Of a stretch of 29,844 nt of DNA, positions 21,913 to 29,843 are shown in pieces. The translations under genes were made by a program, and so were the position numbers. Below the pieces are notes generated by a model. That model saw nothing but the letters and a program-made list of their open reading frames with translations. It was not told the DNA's origin and searched no databases. How positions within the stretch are numbered: the stretch's first letter is position 1; each line of letters opens with the position of its first letter. Location of the stretch: positions 1 to 29,844 of the IMG/VR virus record IMGVR_UViG_3300027486_000020; one strand, given 5' to 3'. This stretch comes from a virus (taxonomy: Duplodnaviria > Caudoviricetes).

Positions 21913-21947
21913 GATGGGACTTGAAAAGGGTGCCCACCTTAACCCTC
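21913..21947 (-). promoter_or_regulatory. H-type RNA pseudoknot in the SSB leader
   Basis: gagggt-taa-ggtggg-c-accctt-ttcaagt-cccatc: two interleaved 6-bp stems. Confidence 0.6.
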
Positions 21948-23060
21948 AAACTCCGTTGCCTTCTTCGCAGGAACCAGCTTCGGCTCCCCAACTGGCTTGA
22001 TTATAAGCTCGCCGAGCAGATGCTTCAACTCGTCTTTGCCCACAACCTTTTCCAATTGTGCCACAGATTTCAACGCCTTTGGTTCAAAGATGTCTTCTCC
22101 GTAATGGCGCAATTTTACCATAGCTTTTTCAACGTCGTCAACAACTCTATTTTTGTTGCTAAAACCCAACTGGTACCCGGGGGGCACAACGCCGTCAGTC
22201 TCGGCCCGCTCGAGCAGGAAGTCCTCGACGTCCTTCAACCACTTACGCGTTTTCGGCGCGTTTGTCAACACCTTTGCGAGCTCGTCCTCAGACAACAACG
22301 GCGGGTCGCGGAAGTCGGACGCCGCGGCCATGTTGTTGAACTCGGTACGCGCCCGGCACTGGGCCTTGGCCTTGCAGAACTGGCAGTGGTCGCCGGCCAG
22401 GAACTCACCCGCACCGGCCCACGCCTTCTTGGCCTTGGGCTTGACCACGTTCTCGGCCCACACCACCAGCTTCTCCAGCGTCGTGCTGTCGGTCGTGATG
22501 CTGTCCAGCCGGGGCTGGTGGATTGTGTACTCGACCTCGGTGATGTTAGGGTAGGACTCCCGGTACTTGTACCAGCCACCTAGCGCGTACAGACGTAGCT
22601 GGGGGTTGTCCTTCGCGTCCACCGGCACGCCGCGGCCGAACTTCAGGTCGATCACTCGCACCTTGTTCTCCGACAGTATCACCACGTCCGCCGTGCCGAA
22701 CCCGTCGGGCACCCACTCGCTGAAGTCCACGCGTTGCTCGAAGTAGGGCGTGTCGCCCTCGCCGATCTGCGATCGCACGTACAGCACGTAGTTGTCGACG
22801 TACGCCTCGAACTCCTCATCGTAGTAGGGCGTTGCCTTGACGGCCTCGACCTCGGCGATGTATTCCTTGGCGGTCATCTGACCATAGTGCCGGCGGAGCT
22901 TGGCCTCTGCCAGGGTGTGGGCTGTCGTGCCCTCCTGACTGAAGTCGAATGCCCCTGGCTTTCGTTTGGGTTCGGGAAGTAGTGCCTCGAGTCGGGCGCT
23001 GGGAGTGCATGTCATCCAACGTTTGGAACCGGATGCACTCAGTAAGGCGTGTGCTGCCAT
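21939..23060 (-). CDS. DUF2800 Cas4-like PD-(D/E)xK exonuclease
   Basis: HALLSAS...W..C, FGTADVV...VIDLKFG.G, NPQL.LYALG, HCQFCKAKAQC. Confidence 0.92.
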   Translation of the reverse strand: MAAHALLSASGSKRWMTCTPSARLEALLPEPKRKPGAFDFSQEGTTAHTLAEAKLRRHYGQMTAKEYIAEVEAVKATPYYDEEFEAYVDNYVLYVRSQIGEGDTPYFEQRVDFSEWVPDGFGTADVVILSENKVRVIDLKFGRGVPVDAKDNPQLRLYALGGWYKYRESYPNITEVEYTIHQPRLDSITTDSTTLEKLVVWAENVVKPKAKKAWAGAGEFLAGDHCQFCKAKAQCRARTEFNNMAAASDFRDPPLLSEDELAKVLTNAPKTRKWLKDVEDFLLERAETDGVVPPGYQLGFSNKNRVVDDVEKAMVKLRHYGEDIFEPKALKSVAQLEKVVGKDELKHLLGELIIKPVGEPKLVPAKKATEFEG

Positions 23061-23072
23061 GGCTTTCTTTCC

Positions 23073-23498
23073 TTAGTTTGTTACAAACCGGTGTTTTCTG
23101 AGGTATTCCACTGCTGATAATAAGACTTCCTCAGAATCTTGCGCGTTACCCAAAACCAAATTGCAACCGCGACAAAGCAATGCTCTTACTTTACCTGTTG
23201 CATGATCATGGTCTACACAAGTGAATATGCCGTCCTTCAATTGGTGCTTGCAAATAGAACAACAGTTTTGTTGTTCCTGGCGCATCCGCTCTACATCATC
23301 AGATGTCAAACCGTATTTTTTGATGTACTTGGAATTTTGAACCTCCCGTTTTACTTTTTCAGGGTGGTTCTTTCTTCGCAAAGCCCCTTTTTCTTTATCA
23401 CATTCTTTGCATGCCGACCTAAGCCCGTTGTGCTTGGCTCGGTCTACATAGAACTCAGACAAAGATTTTTCGGCGCTACATCGAATACACGTTTGCAT
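23073..23498 (-). CDS. Endonuclease VII-family (probable free-standing homing) endonuclease
   Basis: CxxC...CKEC zinc ribbon, KYGLT, C.IC, VDHDHATGKVRALLC..CN..LG; visibly AT-richer than its flanks. Confidence 0.88.
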   Translation of the reverse strand: MQTCIRCSAEKSLSEFYVDRAKHNGLRSACKECDKEKGALRRKNHPEKVKREVQNSKYIKKYGLTSDDVERMRQEQQNCCSICKHQLKDGIFTCVDHDHATGKVRALLCRGCNLVLGNAQDSEEVLLSAVEYLRKHRFVTN

Positions 23499-23508
23499 TG
23501 TTGTGCCC

Positions 23509-23573
23509 TTCCACGGCTGGTTGGTGCGGTATCCAGTGGTGGAGCACTGGCAGGGGAGCTACCCTTTTCCCGC
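23509..23573 (-). promoter_or_regulatory. Structured RNA leader (three-way junction with possible loop-SD pairing)
   Basis: gcgg/ccgc closing stem enclosing aggg/ccct and ccagtg/cactgg hairpins; loop tccac is complementary to gtgga, which overlaps the SD of the endonuclease gene. Confidence 0.5.
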
Positions 23574-23574
23574 G

Positions 23575-23955
23575 TTAAATGGCTTTTTTGAGTGAACTAA
23601 TTAGGTCATTAACGGCAGAACCAAAATCCACTGTGACGTCAGCCTTTACTTCAGCCTTAATTCGCTCTTCACGATAGTCGGCGGGGAATTGACCCCTAAG
23701 CGCCACTTCAACAATTCGCGAATTAAATGCTTTGTTACCAACGTTCTCCAGCATCTGCTGCTCCCAGTAGGCCTGGGCGTGGGTGATGGCCAGATCTAGC
23801 GCATCGGCGAACTCGGGGTGGTTCTTGCGCAGTGTCTGGGCGCCGGTCGAGCTGATGCCCAACGCGGCAAACATCATCTTCTGGCTCGCGCCAGTCTTCC
23901 CAAGCTCTATCAGCTTGTCGCACATTGCTGGATCAAAGGTGTATTTTGTTGTCAT
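23575..23955 (-). CDS. Terminase small subunit-like HTH protein
   Basis: KY.FDP.MC...IELG..G.S.....A.LGIS.......K.HPEF.DA......AQAYWE pattern as in P22/Sf6-type small terminases. Confidence 0.65.
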   Translation of the reverse strand: MTTKYTFDPAMCDKLIELGKTGASQKMMFAALGISSTGAQTLRKNHPEFADALDLAITHAQAYWEQQMLENVGNKAFNSRIVEVALRGQFPADYREERIKAEVKADVTVDFGSAVNDLISSLKKAI

Positions 23956-23960
23956 TGTTC

Positions 23961-24034
23961 TGGTGCCCCATGAGGGAATCGAACCCCCGCCTGACGCTTA
24001 CAAGGCGTCTGCACGACCGTCATGCTAATAGGGC
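23961..24034 (-). tRNA. tRNA-Thr (anticodon UGU)
   Basis: 74-nt cloverleaf: acceptor GCCCTAT/ATGGGGC, anticodon arm GACGC-CTTGTAA-GCGTC, T-loop TTCGATT, encoded 3' ACCA. Confidence 0.93.
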
Positions 24035-24074
24035 TCTCTAGTAGAATTATCCACTTTTCGGGCCAGATTCGTCC
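24035..24074 (-). promoter_or_regulatory. Putative phage promoter, copy 2
   Basis: ggacgaatctggcccgaaaagtggataattctactagaga directly abuts the tRNA 5' end and matches copy 1 at 6645-6685. Confidence 0.55.
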
Positions 24075-24235
24075 TTGGTGGGCGATAAAGTTGCATCTCT
24101 AACCTTGGCCCGCTCCTTGGCCTCCTTGATGGCCTCGTTAATCACTAGGCGGGTAACCGCCCCGGCCATCTCCTGGATCCGCTTTTCTTTACTCTGAACC
24201 CCCAGGGCCTGCTGGAGTTTTTGCGCGTCGTTCAT
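24047..24235 (-). CDS. Small hypothetical protein (62 aa)
   Basis: ATGA-coupled to the upstream gene; helical charged sequence. Confidence 0.7.
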   Translation of the reverse strand: MNDAQKLQQALGVQSKEKRIQEMAGAVTRLVINEAIKEAKERAKVRDATLSPTKDESGPKSG

Positions 24236-24426
24236 GCCTTACCCTTTCGTTGTTGGTCTCTAAAACTACGCAGGTCCGCCAGGATGGCGTCACATTCGTC
24301 TGCGTTCTCAAACTCCCAGATCGACAGAACCTCTTTGTTCTTGTCAAACACGGGATCCTTTGCGTCAACCTGCACGTCGACGTGGGGGAACCCCTCGACG
24401 GCGTACTCGACAATAAAGCCCCTCAT
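24232..24426 (-). CDS. Small hypothetical protein (64 aa)
   Basis: ATGA overlaps on both sides; AGGAG SD. Confidence 0.7.
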   Translation of the reverse strand: MRGFIVEYAVEGFPHVDVQVDAKDPVFDKNKEVLSIWEFENADECDAILADLRSFRDQQRKGKA

Positions 24427-24719
24427 ACCTTTAGCTCCTTCCTGATCCGTTTAATCGACTGCCCCAGATGGTGGCGCCAATACTTCTCGGTGACGGCGAG
24501 GTCCTTGTGTGTATACCCCGACAGCATCGCCTCGACTATCTCCCGTTGCTGTTGCGTTAATTTGTTCTCGATGACGTGCTGTATGTCTCGGATCGTCTCC
24601 GGGCCCCACGATGACCAGCCCGTCAGTGAGCTGGGCTCGACGCTTGCGTCGTCGCTTTCAATTGGATCGGGCTCCTCGTCAGACAGGCGCCGGATCGTCG
24701 CGTTTACCACGTGTTTCAA
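24423..24719 (-). CDS. Sigma-70 region-4-like HTH protein (putative transcription regulator)
   Basis: KLTQQQREIVEAMLSGYTHKDLAVTEKYWRHHLGQSIKRIRKEL resembles sigma region 4; acidic N-terminus; TTG start overlaps the helicase stop. Confidence 0.6.
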   Translation of the reverse strand: MKHVVNATIRRLSDEEPDPIESDDASVEPSSLTGWSSWGPETIRDIQHVIENKLTQQQREIVEAMLSGYTHKDLAVTEKYWRHHLGQSIKRIRKELKV

Positions 24720-26050
24720 AGTTTAATTGCCTCCATCAATGCCGCCTGTAAATCTATCTTGCCCTGTAGCACGTCGACCACCTGCTTGTCGATGCTGTTG
24801 ATCATTTGCAGGTGGTGCACGAACACCGGCTTCTCCTGACCCTGGCGGAACAGGCGTGCGTTGGCCTGCAGGTAGTCCTCACTACTCCACGGCAGGTCGA
24901 ACCACACGATCTGCGCCGTGTCCCCCGCGTTGCACTGTAGGTTCAGCCCGATGCCCACGCTCTTGGGGTGGCACAGTAGCACGTCGATCTCACCCTTGCG
25001 CCAGCGCGCGATGGTGTCCTGGTCGTCGGGGTTCAACAGCACCGCGTCGGGGAATCGTTCCTGCAACCGGGCCAGTGAATGCTTGAAGTTGTAGAACACG
25101 ATCGTCGGGCTGTCGCCCAGCATGTCCTCGAGGTAGTCCAGCTTGCCGTCGTGCACGTGCACCGTCGACTTCTGCTCGTTGTAAATGGTGCCCGCGGTAA
25201 GCTGTAACAGCTTGCCCGTTAGGACCCCTGCAGAGGCCGCGGTGAGCGTGTCTTCTTCGACCTCGGCCACCATGTCCTTCTTCATGCGGTTGTAAACCAA
25301 GCGGGCCTTGGGCTCCCACTGGATCGTGTGGTAGACGTCCTGTCTGGCGGGCATGGTCAGGTAGTCGTCCGCTCGAAGAGACACGCAGATGTCACCGATC
25401 AGTGCGTCTATCTGTTCTTTGGCGCCGGGCTTCAATTTCCAGCTCCATACTAACCCCGTGCGACGATCCCTCGCGTCCGGATCGAAGAATTTCTCTTTGT
25501 AAGAACTCATCGATCTCCCGAGCCGTTGTCCCAGGTCCAAGATACCGACCTGGGGCCATAGGTCCAGGTATGACTTTGGCGTAGGTGTGCCCGTCAAAAT
25601 CAAACGATGCTTGAACCTCGGCAGGAACGCCTTCAGTGACTTCCACCTCTTTGAAGAGGGGTTCTTGAATCTGGACGATTCGTCGATCACCAAGTTGCTC
25701 CAGGATGGAATCAATTTCTGATCGAATAGCCACGAGACGTTCTCGCAGTTGATTAAATAAACATCCGCGTTCGACCGGAGCGCGTTCAAGCGGTCCTGGG
25801 GTGATCCAATCACCAGCGCGAATTTTAGTTTTTGGGTATGTGTCCAATTTGCTGCCTCCTGTTGCCATACGTTAGTCACCACCGCCTTGGGTCCGATGAT
25901 CAGCGTCTTGCCCGGTAACTCGCTGATGATCGTCAGCGCCGTGATTGTCTTGCCCAGGCCCATCTCCATCAGCAGGCCCATGTTGGGCGTTGTCCTGCTC
26001 TGCTCGATCAGGCGCCGCTGGTACGCGTGTAGGTTGTCGGGGGATAACAT
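24716..26050 (-). CDS. SNF2-family (SF2) helicase
   Basis: LHAYQ, MEMGLGKT, VIDESS, LTGTP, GIGLNLQ, QANARLFRQGQ. Confidence 0.93.
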   Translation of the reverse strand: MLSPDNLHAYQRRLIEQSRTTPNMGLLMEMGLGKTITALTIISELPGKTLIIGPKAVVTNVWQQEAANWTHTQKLKFALVIGSPQDRLNALRSNADVYLINCENVSWLFDQKLIPSWSNLVIDESSRFKNPSSKRWKSLKAFLPRFKHRLILTGTPTPKSYLDLWPQVGILDLGQRLGRSMSSYKEKFFDPDARDRRTGLVWSWKLKPGAKEQIDALIGDICVSLRADDYLTMPARQDVYHTIQWEPKARLVYNRMKKDMVAEVEEDTLTAASAGVLTGKLLQLTAGTIYNEQKSTVHVHDGKLDYLEDMLGDSPTIVFYNFKHSLARLQERFPDAVLLNPDDQDTIARWRKGEIDVLLCHPKSVGIGLNLQCNAGDTAQIVWFDLPWSSEDYLQANARLFRQGQEKPVFVHHLQMINSIDKQVVDVLQGKIDLQAALMEAIKL

Positions 26051-26529
26051 CAGTAGCCTCCGCGCTTGCGCGCTGACGCGCTTGTATCAATCCGAGGATT
26101 AGTTGGGCGCTGGATGTAGGTATTTGCAGGGTCGAAAATGGAGGGGGGTCGAAGACTTCCATATTTTTCTATCTCTTTCAATCTGTCGTGTAACCAGTCC
26201 GCCACCGCGTACAGCTCTCGTAGCTTGGCGTTGGACTTAATCATGTTGGCCTTGTTGCTAATGATAGCCACGTTGCCCCTGACGTAGCCCTTCTCGGGGT
26301 CGATGCGGTCCAGGCTGGGGGACGCGTGCTGGGGCGAGCCCTGTTTCGTTTTTGATTTGGTATCCCATAGCAACGCCGTGCCAAACACCGGGCAGATGTC
26401 GGGGGCGATGGAGCACAGGTACTCGAGGTCCACGTCGCAGGGGATGTCCTTTGCCTTGGCTCGCTTCTTTGCCCGGTACAACATGTTGTACATGTGCTTG
26501 CGCTTCTTCAGGTTGTTTTCTGGATTCAT
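26050..26529 (-). CDS. HNH-like (His-Me finger) endonuclease
   Basis: AK.RA...CPVFG...SPSLDRIDPEKGYVRGNVAIISNKANMIKSN. Confidence 0.8.
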   Translation of the reverse strand: MNPENNLKKRKHMYNMLYRAKKRAKAKDIPCDVDLEYLCSIAPDICPVFGTALLWDTKSKTKQGSPQHASPSLDRIDPEKGYVRGNVAIISNKANMIKSNAKLRELYAVADWLHDRLKEIEKYGSLRPPSIFDPANTYIQRPTNPRIDTSASARKRGGY

Positions 26530-26798
26530 AAACTGTCGACAAACTCGTCAACTTCCTCGAATGACGAAAGCACCCACGTCTTCACGCCACACGTATGTAT
26601 TTGCGAGATCACTAAGGTCTGACGTGGAGACAGTGAACCCGTCGGGGATTTTAGCTCCACCGGTATCACCTGACCCTGGAAGAACACCAGCCGGTCCGGC
26701 ACCCCCGTCGTTCCCGGGCTTGTCCACTTCAGACACAACCCTCCCCTCGCCTTTATCTTTTTGACGAGTCTTTGCTCGACGTCCTTCTCTCTTGTCAT
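26526..26798 (-). CDS. VRR-NUC domain nuclease (90 aa)
   Basis: Start placed at ATG 26798: MTREKDVEQRL...KW.SPG..GVPDRL......VELK...G.LS..Q. Confidence 0.9.
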   Translation of the reverse strand: MTREKDVEQRLVKKIKARGGLCLKWTSPGTTGVPDRLVFFQGQVIPVELKSPTGSLSPRQTLVISQIHTCGVKTWVLSSFEEVDEFVDSL

Positions 26799-27195
26799 TC
26801 TTTTCCATCTCCAGTATGCACCCGGTGAACATCTGCTCGACGAGGTGTTGCATGAGGTACGCGCGCGTCTCCTCGCCAAAGTCTTCCACGTTCTCGCCGA
26901 TGTGCTCCAGCAGGCGCGTGATGACGTGCGAGGCCTCGTGTGCGATGGTGCCCGCCAGACAAGCGGGGTTGTTGCCGATGGCCTTGAGGTCAAAGCCCAC
27001 GATGACGACCGACTCCTTGGCCGTCGAGAACGAGTGCGTCTCCGCCATGCCAAGCTCGAACGCCTGCGGATCCTCGTGCACCTTGACGTTGTAGTCCTTC
27101 AGTATCTGCTTGAAGACCTTGGCGTTGAAGCACATCGCGACCGGCAGCGGGAAGAACCCCACGTCGACTGAATAGTACTGGTAGCGCTTGCTCAT
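26548..27195 (-). CDS. HExxH zincin-like metallopeptidase-motif protein with C-terminal tail overlapping VRR-NUC
   Basis: Start placed at ATG 27195 (MSKRYQ); IAHEASH followed by EETRAYL; frame stays open 251 nt into the VRR-NUC gene. Confidence 0.7.
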   Translation of the reverse strand: MSKRYQYYSVDVGFFPLPVAMCFNAKVFKQILKDYNVKVHEDPQAFELGMAETHSFSTAKESVVIVGFDLKAIGNNPACLAGTIAHEASHVITRLLEHIGENVEDFGEETRAYLMQHLVEQMFTGCILEMEKNDKREGRRAKTRQKDKGEGRVVSEVDKPGNDGGAGPAGVLPGSGDTGGAKIPDGFTVSTSDLSDLANTYVWREDVGAFVIRGS

Positions 27196-27197
27196 GC

Positions 27198-27449
27198 TTA
27201 TTTCCTTGCTCGGATGTAATACGCAATCGTGTTGCAAATGTTTTCAGCGACCTGTGCCTTGGTGAAGCTATCCTCGGGTAGGTATGTCCACCCCTCAGCC
27301 CACTGTGCGCATGCTTCACGCTCCTCGGCGGCGACCTTTGCGGCAAATCGTTCAAGCGGCAACAACAAAGAAAGCGCGGCCTCCTCTGCCAAGTACACCC
27401 GTTCAAACCCTGCCTCCCGCGCCATGCGGATGATGTCATCTCGGTTCAT
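27198..27449 (-). CDS. Small phage protein (MNRDDIIRMAREAG...EREACA...IRAR family)
   Basis: 83 aa, ATGA-coupled to the primase gene; recognisable uncharacterised phage family. Confidence 0.8.
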   Translation of the reverse strand: MNRDDIIRMAREAGFERVYLAEEAALSLLLPLERFAAKVAAEEREACAQWAEGWTYLPEDSFTKAQVAENICNTIAYYIRARK

Positions 27450-29764
27450 GCAAATATCTCATCACGTTCAAAGTTGCTGATGCTGTCCACGTACTTGCGC
27501 GCCTTGACGTTGAGCACCACGCCGCGGTACACGTTGTGCTGTTCGCCTTCGATGCGGATACGATCGGCCACCACGCGGTGGTCCTGGGTCGCCGCCAGGA
27601 ACCGGCGCTTGAACGCGAGGTCGGTCCCTGGTGGGATGTTCTTGGCCAGCGCCCACTTCTTCCAGCACGTGAACACGTCGTCCTTGTTAACGTGCCCGAT
27701 GGGGTCATACACCAGCGCGTCCTGCACGAACGAACCGATCGGGTTACTCAACTCTTCCATCAACTCGAGCAACTCGCGGCCCGTCTTAGGCTGTTGGAAC
27801 CGCTGACCCTCGCGCGCCATGCGGCGCTGTTGTCCCTCGATCGCCCAGTTAAAAATACCAGGCAACTCCTTGGCCAACTTGTCGGACAACGACACGTCCT
27901 CGCGGCCGTAAAAACTATTGCTCATTTTGAGAACAATCATTCGGCCCGTCAAAGCGTTGGAGTTTTCCGTCAACTGCAAGGCCTCGTTCGAGTAGATCAC
28001 GATACGCGTCGGCAAATAGCCGCTCCAGGCTTCTTTGTTCTTCCGATTGACTGTCACCGTATCGCCGCCAACAATTCGCAGTAACTGGCTCACGACAGCA
28101 CCCCTGTTGCGCTCCGGTGCACGGGCATCCGTAAAGGAGGCTAGTAATTTCCCAAGCCATGGTTGTAGTCCAAACGTGTCACAGAGCTCTTCCAACTGTG
28201 GCGCCACTGTGTTGTGCTGGCCCAGCAGGGACACGAGCACCTTGTTGATGGTCCCCTTGCCTGAACGGCGCGGGCCGATGATGTTAAAGAACTTCTGCTG
28301 GCTCGAGTCACCGCTCAGGATATACCCAAACATCTCCTGCAAGCACTCGATACTCTCCGGGTCATCGCTCCACAGGTCGCGCAGGAATGCCTCCCAGGTC
28401 GGGCACTCTGCCAGCGGGTCGTACTCAAACGGCAAGCTGTTGAGCGTGAAGAACCCCAGGCTGTGGGGGATCAGCACGTTCTGCTCGGTGTGGAATATCC
28501 CGTTCTGTAACGACACCAGCTTGGCCGGGTCGGGCTTGTCAGACCCGTATCCATCCAACCACACCGGCGGGCGCGTGTTGGCCTTATTAGGCAGGTGCGT
28601 GAGGGCCTGGACCGCGTCCAGCACCCCGGACACCACAGACGGGCCTGGGTTGAACGGGATCAGGTTCATCTTCTTGTCGTACTTTTTACACTTGTCCAGG
28701 AACGTGTACAGCATCGAGCGCACAGTGGCCTCCTCGATGTCTTCGTAGTGCGTGCCCCTGAACTGGAACATGTCGCCGCCGTATGTCGACAGCGTGGTAC
28801 CCTCCTCACACGCGAACGTGCTACTCAGGAACTCCCGCGCGTGGTTCAACGGCCCACCCGTGAGCACCTTCTCGCCGTTGGCGATGACCTCGGCCTCCTT
28901 CATGCGGTTGACCTTGAACACCAGCGTGCGCAGGGTAGTCCCGCTCGTGCCGCTGAAGCTGTTCCACTTGCGCGCACACTCGCCCTCAACGTAAGACGCG
29001 CACTTCCCATCCTGGTAGGACCACCGGTCCCACAGCTCCTGGGCCTCGTAGTCGCCCGCGAACTGGTGCTGTAGGGCCATGCCCACCTGCAACCAGTCTG
29101 CGTAGCCACAGTCGGGCTCCAGGTGTGCCAGCAGGTCGGTCTCAACGCGTGCAAGGTCCCACCCCTCGAGCGGCGGGCTATAGTCCGCGAAGTCGTCACC
29201 CGAGCGATAGCTCTGGCGCTCTGGCACGATGTCGACTAGGTTCTGCTCCTCGTCCGGTATCGCGCCGCCGATCACTTGCCCCGTCACCGTGAAGTACCGG
29301 CCGCGGGGGTACACCTCCAGGCCTTTGTCGTGGTCGACGTGTGCCGCGCTGATGTCCGCGCGGGTGAATATCTTTAGTCCGGTGCCAGACGGGCTGATCT
29401 CTGCGTAGCCCTTGACGCCCTCGAGTATCTTGCGCGCCTCTGGGGCAAGAGAATCGATGCCCACCGATGGGTCAATGCAGTCGTCCAGGTCGACCCCAAC
29501 GATGCCATCACTGCCATCAAATACAAAGCCAACACCATCATACCGACCCGCCTCATAAGCCTCCTGGGCGTGGAGAAAGTCACACCACGTCTCTGGGTTT
29601 GTTGAACTTGCCGCGGATCCATTTGACTGCAAGGGCAATTTTGACCATCGCCTGTTCGACCCTTCCCCAACCTCGACTAACCTCCACAACACCCAGCGGG
29701 GTATCTTCTTTAGGCCAATCGGGATTGACTCGAACTGTACTGGTAGGACTGTTGGTTTCTTCAT
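27446..29764 (-). CDS. Primase-polymerase / PriCT-2 / D5-like SF3 helicase fusion
   Basis: GVDLDDC, YAEISPSGTG, RYFTVTG (prim-pol); YADWLQVGMAL...WDRWS (PriCT-2); GPRRSGKGT Walker A. Confidence 0.92.
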   Translation of the reverse strand: MKKPTVLPVQFESIPIGLKKIPRWVLWRLVEVGEGSNRRWSKLPLQSNGSAASSTNPETWCDFLHAQEAYEAGRYDGVGFVFDGSDGIVGVDLDDCIDPSVGIDSLAPEARKILEGVKGYAEISPSGTGLKIFTRADISAAHVDHDKGLEVYPRGRYFTVTGQVIGGAIPDEEQNLVDIVPERQSYRSGDDFADYSPPLEGWDLARVETDLLAHLEPDCGYADWLQVGMALQHQFAGDYEAQELWDRWSYQDGKCASYVEGECARKWNSFSGTSGTTLRTLVFKVNRMKEAEVIANGEKVLTGGPLNHAREFLSSTFACEEGTTLSTYGGDMFQFRGTHYEDIEEATVRSMLYTFLDKCKKYDKKMNLIPFNPGPSVVSGVLDAVQALTHLPNKANTRPPVWLDGYGSDKPDPAKLVSLQNGIFHTEQNVLIPHSLGFFTLNSLPFEYDPLAECPTWEAFLRDLWSDDPESIECLQEMFGYILSGDSSQQKFFNIIGPRRSGKGTINKVLVSLLGQHNTVAPQLEELCDTFGLQPWLGKLLASFTDARAPERNRGAVVSQLLRIVGGDTVTVNRKNKEAWSGYLPTRIVIYSNEALQLTENSNALTGRMIVLKMSNSFYGREDVSLSDKLAKELPGIFNWAIEGQQRRMAREGQRFQQPKTGRELLELMEELSNPIGSFVQDALVYDPIGHVNKDDVFTCWKKWALAKNIPPGTDLAFKRRFLAATQDHRVVADRIRIEGEQHNVYRGVVLNVKARKYVDSISNFERDEIFA

Positions 29765-29843
29765 GGTGCTCTCTTATTTGGATTACTTTTCCGATCTCAG
29801 TTTTCGTGAACTCGCGTTGCCCTGCCAACTGCTGGCCAAGGTG
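29580..29843 (-). CDS. Possible 3' end of an upstream gene overlapping the primase start (partial)
   Basis: Frame open from the window edge (HLGQQLAGQREFTKTEIGKVIQIRE...); cannot be identified. Confidence 0.3.
   Translation of the reverse strand, partial: HLGQQLAGQREFTKTEIGKVIQIREHHEETNSPTSTVRVNPDWPKEDTPLGVVEVSRGWGRVEQAMVKIALAVKWIRGKFNKPRDVV

Noticed and set aside
21903-21941. Stop-codon read-through fusing DUF2800 to the SSB via the pseudoknot
   Set aside because: Read-through meets another in-frame TAA 12 codons later, and the stop lies inside the pseudoknot rather than upstream of it.
17020-22982. Numerous long + strand ORFs opposite polA, nrdJ, SSB and DUF2800
   Set aside because: Antisense shadows of GC3-rich genes with no recognisable motifs.
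21939-23060. Cas4-like nuclease as evidence of a CRISPR-Cas system
   Set aside because: It is the DUF2800 family in its usual DUF2815/PolA/SNF2/VRR-NUC replication context; no array or other cas genes are present.
23961-24034. tRNA as a prophage attachment site
   Set aside because: Phage genes continue on both sides, with no integrase and no duplicated tRNA 3' end in the window.
25872-26162. 96-aa ORF bridging the HNH and helicase genes
   Set aside because: Entirely overlaps two supported genes and has no motif; a short real peptide cannot be excluded but is unsupported.
26799-27053. N-terminal extension of the VRR-NUC ORF given in the ORF track
   Set aside because: Arg/Ser-rich off-frame reading of the HExxH gene; the domain begins at MTREKD (26798).
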